Made by a program: the position numbers and the translations under genes. From Patescibacteria group bacterium (GTDB taxonomy: Bacteria > Patescibacteriota > Patescibacteriia > JAXHNJ01), in the NCBI GenBank assembly GCA_041649715.1, contig JBAZMP010000003.1:36155-100154 (forward strand): a stretch of DNA of 64,000 nucleotides. Direction: 5' to 3'. This document shows, piece after piece, positions 47,973 to 57,522 of this stretch (position 1 is its first letter; the number at the start of each line of letters is the position of its first letter). The notes under the pieces are model-generated. The model saw only the letters and a program-made list of their open reading frames with translations. It did not search any database and was not told the DNA's origin.

Positions 47973-48539
47973 TTATCGCTGGAGTTTTTTCTCCCGCGCT
48001 TTCTGCGAATAAACGCACCCGCAGTAATGTTGGCGGTAAAAACCCTCTTCCTTCGCTTTTTCGCAGGAATGGCGGAAACCGTCATTTTTCTTAAAATCCC
48101 GGTCTAAATAACGCACGCCGTATTCCTCGGCTAATTTTTGCCCTGTTTTATTGATTTCAGCCGAGTTTTTGTACCGGGAAACAGTCAGAGTGGTGCCGAA
48201 AAAATCATAAGCGCCGGTGTGCGCGTAATTAGCCGCGATATCCAGTCTTTGCCAAAAACAGACCCTGCAGCGCTTCCCGCCCTCCGGTTCGTTTTCCAGA
48301 CCAGCCGTCTCTTTAAACCAATTTTGGGGATCATATTTATATTCCACAAAGTCAAAATGATTGTCTTCGCAATACCTTTTTATCTCGGCCACTCTTTTTA
48401 AATATTCTTCCAGAGGATGAATGTTTGGGTTATAAAAAAACGCCGTGATTTCAAATTCATCTTGAAGTTTCTCAAAGACATAAGCGGCGCAGGGCGCGCA
48501 GCAGACATGTAGCAATAATGATGGTATATAGTCAGGCAT
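47973..48539 (-). CDS. queH: Epoxyqueuosine reductase QueH (DUF208).
   Basis: LLLHVCCAPC motif and C-terminal Cys cluster (CRVCF...CGCVYS). Confidence 0.8.
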   Translation of the reverse strand: MPDYIPSLLLHVCCAPCAAYVFEKLQDEFEITAFFYNPNIHPLEEYLKRVAEIKRYCEDNHFDFVEYKYDPQNWFKETAGLENEPEGGKRCRVCFWQRLDIAANYAHTGAYDFFGTTLTVSRYKNSAEINKTGQKLAEEYGVRYLDRDFKKNDGFRHSCEKAKEEGFYRQHYCGCVYSQKAREKKLQR

Positions 48540-49278
48540 TTTTATTTTCCAATAACTTTTCCCAGTTGATTTTCAAAACGCCGTATATAATCAGAATCGT
48601 CGAAACCAGCGTTATTATTTCATTATAAAAATTTCCGTTTTCCAGACCCAGGCTGTTTAAACCCGTTTTACCCAGATAAAGAGTGGCGGCAATCATTATC
48701 GCTTTGCCCAGGAATCCCGGGATGAATGCCTTGATAAAATTATAGCGCACCAAGCCCAGGGGGATGAAAATCAGATCATCTGGCAAAGGCGTGAGTCCGA
48801 ATATAAAAATAAATAAAGGCGTGAGACGCGGATGACTCCTGATCCAAGCGTGGATTTTTTCGTACTTTTCCCGATGGTGTTTGTCCGTCAGGCGGCCGCC
48901 GGCATAACCCAACAGATAAGAAATAATTTCACCCAGGGCGGCCCCAAAACCTGAAAGCAGGGACAACCACCAAATATTCAAGCCCGCTGTGGCCAGTAAA
49001 AATACGAAACCGACATAAGGGACCATAATAAATAAACTGGCGCTGCCCACTAGGGAAATAACAAAGGCGCCTAAATAACCGTGAGCCCGGGCAAAACTTT
49101 CCAGGCGGGCATTGAAACCGTCAATATTATTCTGAAATTCCGGAAACAAAAAATAGATCAGGCCGTAAGCCAAGATCAATAAAAGAGAAATGATGAGAAA
49201 CCAGTCCTTGCCTTTCATACTTGATCGCTTAATATCGACTAACGGGATTAATTTACCAGAAACGGCCATTTTTTTCAA
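48532..49278 (-). CDS. DedA/TVP38 family membrane protein.
   Basis: GAALGEIISYLLGYAGG motif. Overlaps queH by 8 nt, so they form an operon. The true ATG is probably at 49269. Confidence 0.7.
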   Translation of the reverse strand: MKKMAVSGKLIPLVDIKRSSMKGKDWFLIISLLLILAYGLIYFLFPEFQNNIDGFNARLESFARAHGYLGAFVISLVGSASLFIMVPYVGFVFLLATAGLNIWWLSLLSGFGAALGEIISYLLGYAGGRLTDKHHREKYEKIHAWIRSHPRLTPLFIFIFGLTPLPDDLIFIPLGLVRYNFIKAFIPGFLGKAIMIAATLYLGKTGLNSLGLENGNFYNEIITLVSTILIIYGVLKINWEKLLENKNA

Positions 49279-49283
49279 GCCTA

Positions 49284-49311
49284 TTGAATTAATTTATAAA
49301 AACAATATAAT
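49284..49311 (+). promoter_or_regulatory. Candidate sigma70 promoter (TTGAAT, 16 nt, TATAAT) pointing into a 378-bp gene-free region.
   Basis: Good hexamers. It would drive a plus-strand transcript with no ORF, ending at the stem+T6 at 49422..49428 or the hairpin+T-run at 49620..49655. Confidence 0.3.
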
Positions 49312-49317
49312 AATAAC

Positions 49318-49428
49318 CAGTTCTTAGGAAATACCAAAACGGGCAAAACCAGGGAAAAATCGAAAAAACCTTCAATACTCCAGGGGAGGGTTCATCGACG
49401 TTTTCCAAAAGGGTTTTGCCCGTTTTTT
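49318..49428 (+). ncRNA. Candidate small structured RNA of unknown class (11-bp terminal stem cgggcaaaacc/ggttttgcccg closing about 60 nt, followed by T6).
   Basis: Perfect long-range 11-bp pairing (49340..49350 with 49412..49422) immediately followed by tttttt. It lies downstream of the promoter-like element at 49284..49311. No match to tmRNA, RNase P or SRP motifs by eye. Confidence 0.2.
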
Positions 49429-49656
49429 AAAGCCAAAAACCCCTTGATTTTTCCCTAAAAACCTGGTACAATACCAATAGAGAATACTTCTTGTGCCTCC
49501 TTCACCCCCATCGTCAGGAGAAACCTGCTTACTCGACGCTGAGCTCGTTTCTCCCCTGTACTAGAGGTAACGTTTCGGGCCAACCTCCTAAAACGTTACC
49601 TCATTTTTTAAAATAAAACGTGCTTGTTTCAGGCACGATTTTTATTTTTTTAAAAT

Positions 49657-50151
49657 CTACTGGTTATTCTTTACAAAAAAATCAAAATCTCTTTGTTTTA
49701 TTTTTCGCCACGAATCCTTAAAACGAGCCCGATTCCCCCATTGTCTTTTTATGAGAAAAAAGATCAGGCCCAGCGGTAAAATAAAAAGTCCTATTTTTTT
49801 AAAGCCAGTTCTTCGCAGCTTGCCTTTTAGGATCGGGCTTCTTGAACCGGCGAAAAACAGTTGGCCCCTGGTTGCCTCTAAAACTTTCTCTAAAAGCTTA
49901 GAGCCGATCTTTTTTCCCCGGTGTCTGTCAAAGACATAAATTAGGGATAATTCTGACCATTGTTTTTTTAGCCGGGTAACCGCGGTAAAACCAACCAGCT
50001 CCTCTTTATCATAAGCGAAAAAAAACTGCCCCCGCTTGATCATCCGCTTTATCTCATCAAACGAATAGGGGCTGAAATTCTCGTGCTCGGCCGTGACCTG
50101 GGCGATTTTTTTGATGTCTTCTTCGGATTTTATGGCCTGAATGATTTCCAT
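49657..50151 (-). CDS. GNAT family N-acetyltransferase.
   Basis: VFDRHRGKKIGSKLLEKV acetyl-CoA binding motif (R/Q-x-x-G-x-G/A). Confidence 0.7.
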   Translation of the reverse strand: MEIIQAIKSEEDIKKIAQVTAEHENFSPYSFDEIKRMIKRGQFFFAYDKEELVGFTAVTRLKKQWSELSLIYVFDRHRGKKIGSKLLEKVLEATRGQLFFAGSRSPILKGKLRRTGFKKIGLFILPLGLIFFLIKRQWGNRARFKDSWRKIKQRDFDFFVKNNQ

Positions 50152-50158
50152 CTTACTT

Positions 50159-51424
50159 TTACGGCTTAAAATATTTTTTACCCGTCAATCTCTTGGGCAG
50201 ATAATCTTGCTTGCCCTCTTCCGCGTCATAATCATGCGAATACTTATAATTTTTGCCATAACCCAGCTCTTTCATTAGATCCGTCACCGCGTTGCGCATA
50301 TTAAGCGGCACCGGTTCATTCAGAGTTTCCTGTACGTCTTTTTTGGCGGCTATCAAGCCCATATAGGTTGAATTATTTTTCAAGGCTAAGGCTAAATAGA
50401 CCGCCACGTGGGCTAAATTAATCTGGCACTCCGGCAAACCCACTTGGTCGCAGGCATTAAAACAAGCCGCCGCCAGGGGCAAAGCATTTGGATCAGCCAA
50501 AGAAATATCTTCCGAAGCGAAAATTACCATTCGCCGAGCAATATATAAAGGATCCTGGCCCGCCTCAATCATACGCGCCAGCCAATACAAAGCAGCGTCG
50601 GGGTCTGAACCCCTCATAGACTTGATGAAGGCCGAAATAATGTTATAATACTCCTCTCCCTTTTTATCAAAATATATCGCTTTGTGTTGCAAAGCTTCTT
50701 TAATATCCTCGAATTTAATATGACGAAAACCAGACTTGTCTGGTCGGGCCGCTTTGACGGCCAACTCAATCGCGTTTAGAGCGGAGCGCGCGTCACCGTT
50801 GGCCCCGGTTAAAAGCAAGCCCAAGGCCTTCTTCTCCAGCCTTACTTTATATTTACCCAAACCGACTTTTTGGTCTTTTAAAGCATTTTTGATAATTTTG
50901 CCCAAGTCATCTTCGCCTAAAGCTTCCAAGACGAAAACACGTGAGCGGGACAATAGCGGGGCGATCACTTCGAAAGAAGGATTCTCGGTGGTGGCGCCGA
51001 TAAAAACGATTATTCCCTGCTCCACGTGAGGCAGTAAAGCATCCTGCTGGGCTTTGTTCCAGCGGTGAATTTCATCGACGAATAAAATAGTGCGTTGGTT
51101 CTTAAATTTTCTTCTTTCTTTCGCTTCCTTAATGACATTCATTAAAACATCCTTGCCGGAAGTGACGGCCGAGATCTGGACAAAAACGCTTTTTGTCATG
51201 TGGGCGATGATCCGGGCCAACGTCGTTTTCCCCGAACCCGGCGGCCCCCATAAGATCAAAGAAAATAATTCGTCATTTTCGATCGCCTGCCTTAATATCT
51301 TTCCCTGGCCGACGATCTTTTCCTGGCCGGCAAAACCGGAAAAATCCCGCGGCCGCAGCCGGTCGGCTAAAGGCGCTTCACGGGCTAATTCTTTGTCTAA
51401 TTTTAGGTCAAATAAATCGGGCAT
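50159..51424 (-). CDS. rarA: Replication-associated recombination protein A (RarA/MgsA AAA+ ATPase).
   Basis: LILWGPPGSGKTTLARIIA Walker A, FVDEIHR Walker B/sensor, C-terminal MgsA domain. Confidence 0.85.
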   Translation of the reverse strand: MPDLFDLKLDKELAREAPLADRLRPRDFSGFAGQEKIVGQGKILRQAIENDELFSLILWGPPGSGKTTLARIIAHMTKSVFVQISAVTSGKDVLMNVIKEAKERRKFKNQRTILFVDEIHRWNKAQQDALLPHVEQGIIVFIGATTENPSFEVIAPLLSRSRVFVLEALGEDDLGKIIKNALKDQKVGLGKYKVRLEKKALGLLLTGANGDARSALNAIELAVKAARPDKSGFRHIKFEDIKEALQHKAIYFDKKGEEYYNIISAFIKSMRGSDPDAALYWLARMIEAGQDPLYIARRMVIFASEDISLADPNALPLAAACFNACDQVGLPECQINLAHVAVYLALALKNNSTYMGLIAAKKDVQETLNEPVPLNMRNAVTDLMKELGYGKNYKYSHDYDAEEGKQDYLPKRLTGKKYFKP

Positions 51425-51425
51425 A

Positions 51426-51974
51426 TTATTTGAAATAGTAATGTTTATATCCTTTCTTTTTCATCAGCATGGCATGGTATCTTAAATGCTTGATAAAATC
51501 TTTCTGACTAATGCCAAGTTTACAAAAAATATAGAGAATTTTGTTATTATTCTGTTGGTTGTCTTTGCCCTGTATTTCCACCTCGACAAAATTACCCAAA
51601 CCCCTAACTTTATCCAAACAGATCTCTGCGTTCCGATAAATATAGTATTCTCTTATTTTTTCTACCACCACAATTTTTTTGGCCCCTAACAGGTTCAAAA
51701 TCCTAGTCAGCATTCCGTAATCGTAAACAACTAATTCATTCTCCTCGCCGGCCGTGGCGCTGATATACCGATGATACTCCAGCCTCGCCTGACCGCTGAT
51801 TTTATCATAACGGGTACGCAAAACACCCCGACCTAAGGGAGTAAACCTCCTGGCCTGAGGTAAATAATAAGTATCAATCTGGTGCTTTATCACTTTCTTT
51901 CTTGCCCCTATTTTCCGAAGTCTAGACTTAACGGCTTTTAAATCCTTAGCCCTGGCTTTTATTTCAATTTCCAT
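51426..51974 (-). CDS. CYTH-domain protein (class IV adenylate cyclase/triphosphatase-like).
   Basis: MEIEIKARAKD N-terminal ExExK motif and later FVEVEIQG acidic motifs of the CYTH fold. Confidence 0.55.
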   Translation of the reverse strand: MEIEIKARAKDLKAVKSRLRKIGARKKVIKHQIDTYYLPQARRFTPLGRGVLRTRYDKISGQARLEYHRYISATAGEENELVVYDYGMLTRILNLLGAKKIVVVEKIREYYIYRNAEICLDKVRGLGNFVEVEIQGKDNQQNNNKILYIFCKLGISQKDFIKHLRYHAMLMKKKGYKHYYFK

Positions 51975-52049
51975 GACTATAATATTAACACTTTATTTAG
52001 AAAGAAAAAACCTCTGATTTTAAAGAGGTCATATTTATTTTTGTTTTAG

Positions 52050-52739
52050 TTAAGCGCCGAATCTGCGCTGCCTTCGGGAATATTCTGCAATCGCCTCATC
52101 TAAATCTTTCTCGCTAAAATCCGGCCAATGCTTCTTGATAAAATATAGCTCGGAATATGAGGATTGCCAGGTTAAAAAATTGGACAGCCTCATTTCTCCT
52201 GAAGTCCTGATGATCAGATCCGGATCCGGCATACCGGCCGTGTATAGATTTTCCGCGACCAGTTTTTCCGTGATTTTAACCGGGTTAATTTTTTTCGCCA
52301 CTATTTTTTTTACGGCGTCGATAATCTCCGGCCGGCCGCCATAGTTGATGGCGATATTCAAAATGCCGCGAGTGTTGTTTTTTGTCAATGCCATGGTTTC
52401 CCCGATCGCTTTCTGCAGATCTTTTGACAATTCTTTTATCCGCCCGATGACCTGGACTTTCACATTTTTTTTATGAAGGCTTCTGATATCGGTGGTTAAG
52501 CCGTGTTTCAGCAACCTCATCAGATAGGCCACTTCTTTTTTGGAACGGTTCCAGTTTTCCGTAGAAAAAGCGTAAACAGTCAGAATTTTAATCCCCTTCT
52601 TCAGGCATAAATCCCCCATTTTCATGATCTTGTCGTAACCCTTTTTGTGGCCGTACAAAGTCGGCAAACCGCGCGCGCGGGCCCAGCGCCGGTTACCGTC
52701 CATAATGATGCCTAAATGTCGAGGGATTTTTTCGGCCAT
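52050..52739 (-). CDS. uppS: Undecaprenyl diphosphate synthase (cis-isoprenyl transferase).
   Basis: HLGIIMDGNRRWA motif and FSTENW/RxxxE motifs. Confidence 0.85.
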   Translation of the reverse strand: MAEKIPRHLGIIMDGNRRWARARGLPTLYGHKKGYDKIMKMGDLCLKKGIKILTVYAFSTENWNRSKKEVAYLMRLLKHGLTTDIRSLHKKNVKVQVIGRIKELSKDLQKAIGETMALTKNNTRGILNIAINYGGRPEIIDAVKKIVAKKINPVKITEKLVAENLYTAGMPDPDLIIRTSGEMRLSNFLTWQSSYSELYFIKKHWPDFSEKDLDEAIAEYSRRQRRFGA

Positions 52740-52973
52740 AAAAAAGAATTTTTTCGTAATATTAATGGATTAGTTCTATTCTAACCGATATTTTTTGTTT
52801 GGTCAAGTAAGCCAAAATTTGACTAAAATAAGACCAGTTGATAGGATATTAATATCAAAAAATTTCTGGCGGGGTATGGCCTCGAAGGCATCGGCGCACG
52901 CTTCGCCCCGCAAAATTTTAACTCCATTAAAATTATACGGGGTAAAGGTGCGTTCAAGAAGAGCGGGTCGCAC

Positions 52974-53046
52974 CGGGGTATGGCCTAATTGGCAAGGCGC
53001 ACGCTTCGGGTGCGTGAGATTCTGGGTTCAACTCCCAGTACCCCGA
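52974..53046 (+). tRNA. tRNA-Pro (anticodon CGG).
   Basis: Manual cloverleaf: 7-bp acceptor with C1-G72, D-arm with G18G19, anticodon stem cacgc/gcgtg with loop ttCGGgt (U33, G37), 5-nt variable loop, T-arm ctggg-TTCAACT-cccag, A73. CCA is not encoded. Confidence 0.85.
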
Positions 53047-53293
53047 TGCGACCCGCTGGTTCACCCTGTCATACTATGGGGTGCCACGGGTTTATCCCGT
53101 GGCAACTCCCCCGGTACCCAATTATATTATTTCCTAAAAACAGCAAATCCTTCAAAAGGCTGTTTTTTATTTTAGAAATTCTAACAATTAAACCAAGCCA
53201 AGTATAATGTTTTTTGAAGCAACAAATCAGTAAGTCTGTATAAAAAATGCTTTTACAAAACGTTAAATTAGATATCATAAAAATAGACCGACA

Positions 53294-53322
53294 CTTGCAA
53301 AAATCGTGAAAATATGGTAAAA
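53294..53322 (+). promoter_or_regulatory. Sigma70-like promoter (TTGCAA, 17 nt, extended -10 TGgTAAAAT) for the 1243-aa gene.
   Basis: Good hexamers at 17-nt spacing, about 75 nt upstream of the ATG at 53400. Confidence 0.4.
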
Positions 53323-53399
53323 TATATTAATTCAACCTTAATTTCTTATCATACATATCTTAAAGCAAACTCTTATAAGTATTATATATTTTTACGGCG

Positions 53400-56300
53400 A
53401 TGAATGAAACTGGGGCAAAAGAAAACCAACCAGACGTTTTAGACGTTTTAGAAACAAGCGCTGAAGAACCAAAAAAGAAAGAAACGCAAGAGGATATCTC
53501 ACGAGATTCTCTCATTCCCCGGCTGTCTAACCAAAAAGCAGCCATGGATTTTAATATTGAATCAAGGGCGAGGTTAATCCAAAGTATTTTTCACTCTCTA
53601 GAAAATGGAGTTGAACCCGGTGTAACATTGCCAGAAAAGGAAATGCTAAAACCCGAGGCAGTACTAAGAAAAATTGAAAAAAACATATCTCGACTATCTA
53701 ATCCCACTATTGATGATATCTCGAGTGTGCTTACCTCCTCGGGCATGGAAATGGCTGGTATCAAGTCAGGTCTTCTTATCGATAGAACTAAAATCGAATC
53801 TCTTGCTAATGATAAAAAAAATCTAGGTGATAAAAATGATGAATTTTCCGCCAGATTGGCCGCCGAAGAGAAAAGAAATTTTTTTGTTAAAATATTCCGG
53901 GGGAAAATGAGACGGGAGTTGGCAGACCAGATTAAAGAAATATCCGTTCAAAGGACGAAAACTGAATTCCTGATTGAAGATAGCCAGTCAGCGGCTAATG
54001 ACACCGAAAGTGTAATAGAACGTATATCAAAGCTAAGACAAGACCTTTGCCTTAAAGCCTCTCAACAACTATTCCAGGAAGTAATTGAACAGTATAACCA
54101 GTTCCATGAAAATTTAACGACTCCCGAGGTAAAACAAGCGTTAAATAGCGATCTAATCGCCAAAGAAGTGGAACCAGCCCTTTGGATATTGATCTCCAAC
54201 GAAGATCTTACCGTAGAAGAGGCAAACGAATATATTGAACTCTTAAAAGCTCAGTTGGCCGAAGACAACCAAAGGCATTGGGATGAACCGCCCGAAAAAG
54301 AAGAAGTCAGGCGCCAGCGAAGAAAAAGAATAGAAGAACTTAACCAACAATCAGATTATCAGCTGAGAGATATCGGCAATCGAGTTGACCGCCAAGAATC
54401 TTTAGCGGCGGATAATCACTATAACGAGATATTTAATTTTCTGCTCCGGGAAGAAACAAGAAGCAAGGTAGAACAGCTCTATAATTCACTGAAAGATTCT
54501 TTAAGCCCTGAATTACAAAACGAATTTGAAAGAATATTTACTGAAAAAAACATGATTTTAGATAATAATAATTTACCAATTAAAGAATTCGACAGACTTA
54601 CGGGGCTGGAACGATGGCAGATCGTTAAAAATTTTACCAAAAATTCAAATATCATATCAAGAGAAACTTTTTCGCGTACGGAAAAAATCATCATCAACAG
54701 GCTATTCAAGGAAGAGCTTTTTCCCGGCGGCCGAGAATCATGGTCGGGAACCTACGCCGCGATAAAACTCGGGGCGCTTGAAAATCCCGAGGCATTACCG
54801 CTTATGCTAAGACACATTGAATCTTCAGGCGTCGGACATACTAATAATGCGGTCGCATATGAAATGGAAAAACTGATGCAAAAAAGCAATCCGACTGAAC
54901 TTCAACAAGTCTTGGAAGCTTTACCTAAAAATAAAAGAGCTTTACTCCAAACCATGGTTGACGAAAATTCATACATGAGCCGTTTCGGCCGTTGCAACTC
55001 TCGCTATATTACCTGCGATCTTTTGCAAAAAGGCGACATAACGCTTAAACAAGAACAATATGCGAAATTATTAGAAGAGACCGGACTGCCTGAAGAAGAA
55101 TTAGGGGAATTTTATCTTTTATTCGGAGACAGGGAAAAGATATTGGAACAAATCAAAAAAGTGTCTGAACTGGCGGGTGAAGATAAAAAACAAGCAATCA
55201 ATAATTATTTTGAAGTGCTAACTTCGTATATTGAGCCCGAATCCCCGGAATCTCTAAAAATCATTGATGCCTTGTCAAACGAATTGGAGGTTCCCAAAAC
55301 AGATCTTCTTGTTCGTTGCGTGGAAAAATTTGAGAAACCTCGCCGAAACCATATACTAAGAAAAGTGGTATCACCCGATGATAAGGATTATGCGAGCTTC
55401 CCTCTCGCTTTTTCCAAACTATATTTTGGCTTAGAAAAAGACTCTCTTGAAAAATTAGCTAAAGTTTATCAAACAAAAAGTTTACAAACCAGCAGCCTCG
55501 AAAGAGAATTTTTTCTTGAAGGGCTTTTATTACTCAAGGGGAAGGAAAACGGCAAAATCGTTCTGGATATTTTATTAGATAGATACAAAGGGGCAAAAGA
55601 TGATCCCAAAAGAATGAGACGCATATTTCAAACTCTTTCGACGCTTGATGGTTTTGGCGAATACGGCCTGGCGGTACCAAATCCAGACAAAGAAATGAAG
55701 ATAAACCAAGAAATCTTTAATCTGCAAAATCAATATTCACAAACACAAGATAAAGCGGGGCGAAAAGTAATAAAAAATCGGATTGAAGGGTTAAATAGCG
55801 ACCGGCAAAATCTGACGGGATTAAAAGGTATTGAAGACGCCATGATAGAAAAAGTGGTCTCGGTCGCGTGCCGACGGCTGGAATTACCGCCAGAATTTCA
55901 AAAAAAGATAGAGAATAATTTAGACGAGTTGCTGAAAAACGGCGTATTTGAAATAGTCCCAACTTTAGCGGGAAAATATGAAGAAAAGGACGAAAGAGAA
56001 ACTAAAAATCTTCTAAAAATAATAACTTCTCATATTATAGAAGGTGACTTCAAATCATGGCGATATTCACACGAGCGAAGCGAAAAACAATTATCTGGCT
56101 TGACAGAAGAACAAAAAGATTATTGGATAAAAGCATCAGAACCCGTCACTCTTGAAATCGAATCCTCTAGAGACGAGAAAGAAAAACGGGCAGAAGAGTT
56201 GAGGGCAGCCCAAGAAATAATTTTAAATGCCAAAGAGCATATAATAAATTCGCAACCGGACTTTGATTTTTCGAAAGAAAGAGCACGAACACTGACAGAA

Positions 56301-57131
56301 AAAACAAAGGAATTAACGGAAAAAATTAAATTAGCTACTTCTCCAGACGAAAAACAAAAATTGATTGCTGAAAAAAGGAATGCTCAAGCGATAGCGACAT
56401 TAATCAATGGCCTCCTGGAAATTGAAAACGCAACCCCGCAATCTTTCGCCCGCGAAAAAATAGTTACACAAGCTAGAGAATTATCCGAAAAAATGGTCGA
56501 GCTAAATATGCCGCTAGCCAATCTGGATTTGGAACAAATGGAGAAAATATTTACCGTTGGGGATATAAAAAGCGTAAAAGCTTACGAATCGGATGATCCG
56601 CTAACCTTACTAAATATAGGGGTGGAACCGCAAGAAACCTGCCAATCGTGGAGAAACGGAGGATTTAATGAATGTTTACTGGCTTATGTGGCTGATAGTA
56701 ATAAAAAGGTTATTAATGTCGCCGATGAAGAAGGCCGAATTATCGCTCGCAGCGTTATCAAACTTAATGATTACAAAAATGAAAACGACACCGAATCTAA
56801 AACACAGAAAAAAACTATACTTTTGGAAAAACCGTATTCTTTGCGGCCGAATATAGAAGTTTACCGCGCTTTTGCGCGCGTACTATTAGCAAAAGCCCAG
56901 GGTCTTGATTCTTCGATTACTCTAAGTAATGGCTTGGATCAAGACATTATCAAAATTTTTGAAGAAGAGGCGCGCGCTTTCGGATATGAAATAAATGAGG
57001 GTAAATTTGAGATTTATATACCGCCGAGCTTGAACAAATACGAATATAGCGATTCATTAGGCGGTAAAATCGAATGGTTTGACAGATATCAAACAATTAA
57101 TGCAACGACATTTGAAAAAATTAAGTCATAA
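53400..57131 (+). CDS. Large (1243 aa) cytoplasmic hypothetical protein. Lys/Glu-rich, predicted helical/coiled-coil, no recognisable catalytic motif.
   Basis: Uninterrupted 3.7-kb ORF with no signal peptide. AT-rich (about 38% GC). Immediately downstream of tRNA-Pro and followed (4-nt gap) by a Rieske protein gene. Confidence 0.6.
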   Translation: MNETGAKENQPDVLDVLETSAEEPKKKETQEDISRDSLIPRLSNQKAAMDFNIESRARLIQSIFHSLENGVEPGVTLPEKEMLKPEAVLRKIEKNISRLSNPTIDDISSVLTSSGMEMAGIKSGLLIDRTKIESLANDKKNLGDKNDEFSARLAAEEKRNFFVKIFRGKMRRELADQIKEISVQRTKTEFLIEDSQSAANDTESVIERISKLRQDLCLKASQQLFQEVIEQYNQFHENLTTPEVKQALNSDLIAKEVEPALWILISNEDLTVEEANEYIELLKAQLAEDNQRHWDEPPEKEEVRRQRRKRIEELNQQSDYQLRDIGNRVDRQESLAADNHYNEIFNFLLREETRSKVEQLYNSLKDSLSPELQNEFERIFTEKNMILDNNNLPIKEFDRLTGLERWQIVKNFTKNSNIISRETFSRTEKIIINRLFKEELFPGGRESWSGTYAAIKLGALENPEALPLMLRHIESSGVGHTNNAVAYEMEKLMQKSNPTELQQVLEALPKNKRALLQTMVDENSYMSRFGRCNSRYITCDLLQKGDITLKQEQYAKLLEETGLPEEELGEFYLLFGDREKILEQIKKVSELAGEDKKQAINNYFEVLTSYIEPESPESLKIIDALSNELEVPKTDLLVRCVEKFEKPRRNHILRKVVSPDDKDYASFPLAFSKLYFGLEKDSLEKLAKVYQTKSLQTSSLEREFFLEGLLLLKGKENGKIVLDILLDRYKGAKDDPKRMRRIFQTLSTLDGFGEYGLAVPNPDKEMKINQEIFNLQNQYSQTQDKAGRKVIKNRIEGLNSDRQNLTGLKGIEDAMIEKVVSVACRRLELPPEFQKKIENNLDELLKNGVFEIVPTLAGKYEEKDERETKNLLKIITSHIIEGDFKSWRYSHERSEKQLSGLTEEQKDYWIKASEPVTLEIESSRDEKEKRAEELRAAQEIILNAKEHIINSQPDFDFSKERARTLTEKTKELTEKIKLATSPDEKQKLIAEKRNAQAIATLINGLLEIENATPQSFAREKIVTQARELSEKMVELNMPLANLDLEQMEKIFTVGDIKSVKAYESDDPLTLLNIGVEPQETCQSWRNGGFNECLLAYVADSNKKVINVADEEGRIIARSVIKLNDYKNENDTESKTQKKTILLEKPYSLRPNIEVYRAFARVLLAKAQGLDSSITLSNGLDQDIIKIFEEEARAFGYEINEGKFEIYIPPSLNKYEYSDSLGGKIEWFDRYQTINATTFEKIKS

Positions 57132-57134
57132 ATT

Positions 57135-57464
57135 ATGAATTCGTTAACAACCTTATTAAAACAAGGCTTGATGTATCCCTATCGTTTTATCAAAGGCAGA
57201 GGTCAAAAAACTATGATTACTATCGATCAAATCAAACCTAACGAAGGGGCTATCGTCGAAGAACAAGGAAAGAAAATTGCCGTGTACAAAGATAACAGTG
57301 GCAACATCATAAAAATGTCGCCTGTCTGCACCCACCTAAGTTGTATTATCGGCTGGAATGAAACGGAAAAAACCTGGGACTGTCCTTGCCACGGTTCTCG
57401 CTTCGACGCTTCCGGCCATGTCATTAACGGCCCGGCCAAAAAGAATCTTGAGCCGAAAAACTGA
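57135..57464 (+). CDS. Rieske [2Fe-2S] domain protein (bc-complex-type cluster-binding boxes).
   Basis: CTHLSC (box I) and CPCHGS (box II) separated by 16 aa; GPA motif downstream. 109 aa with no TM anchor. Confidence 0.75.
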   Translation: MNSLTTLLKQGLMYPYRFIKGRGQKTMITIDQIKPNEGAIVEEQGKKIAVYKDNSGNIIKMSPVCTHLSCIIGWNETEKTWDCPCHGSRFDASGHVINGPAKKNLEPKN

Positions 57465-57486
57465 TTAATTTTAAAGTTTAAAAAAA

Positions 57487-57522
57487 GAAAGCCCCGATTT
57501 TCCGAGGCTTTCTTTTTTATAT
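57487..57522. terminator. Bidirectional intrinsic terminator (gaaagcc-ccgattttccg-aggctttc with A-run 5' and T-run 3') between the convergent Rieske and copA genes.
   Basis: 7-bp stem flanked by aaaaaaa and tttttt. Confidence 0.5.

Noticed and set aside
49380-49420. tmRNA 5' end-like ggggagggttcatcgacg
   Set aside because: No tag-reading frame, no 3' tRNA-like T-arm/CCA-proximal sequence anywhere in the intergenic region.
52795-53207. ORFs 52795..53175(+) and 52989..53207(+)
   Set aside because: They overlap the tRNA-Pro and its flanking stems. No RBS. Spurious.
52869-57464. Integrative element at tRNA-Pro carrying the 1243-aa gene
   Set aside because: No integrase, excisionase or far-end direct repeat of the tRNA 3' end was found within the window. 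Kept only as a weaker 'island' hypothesis in the findings.
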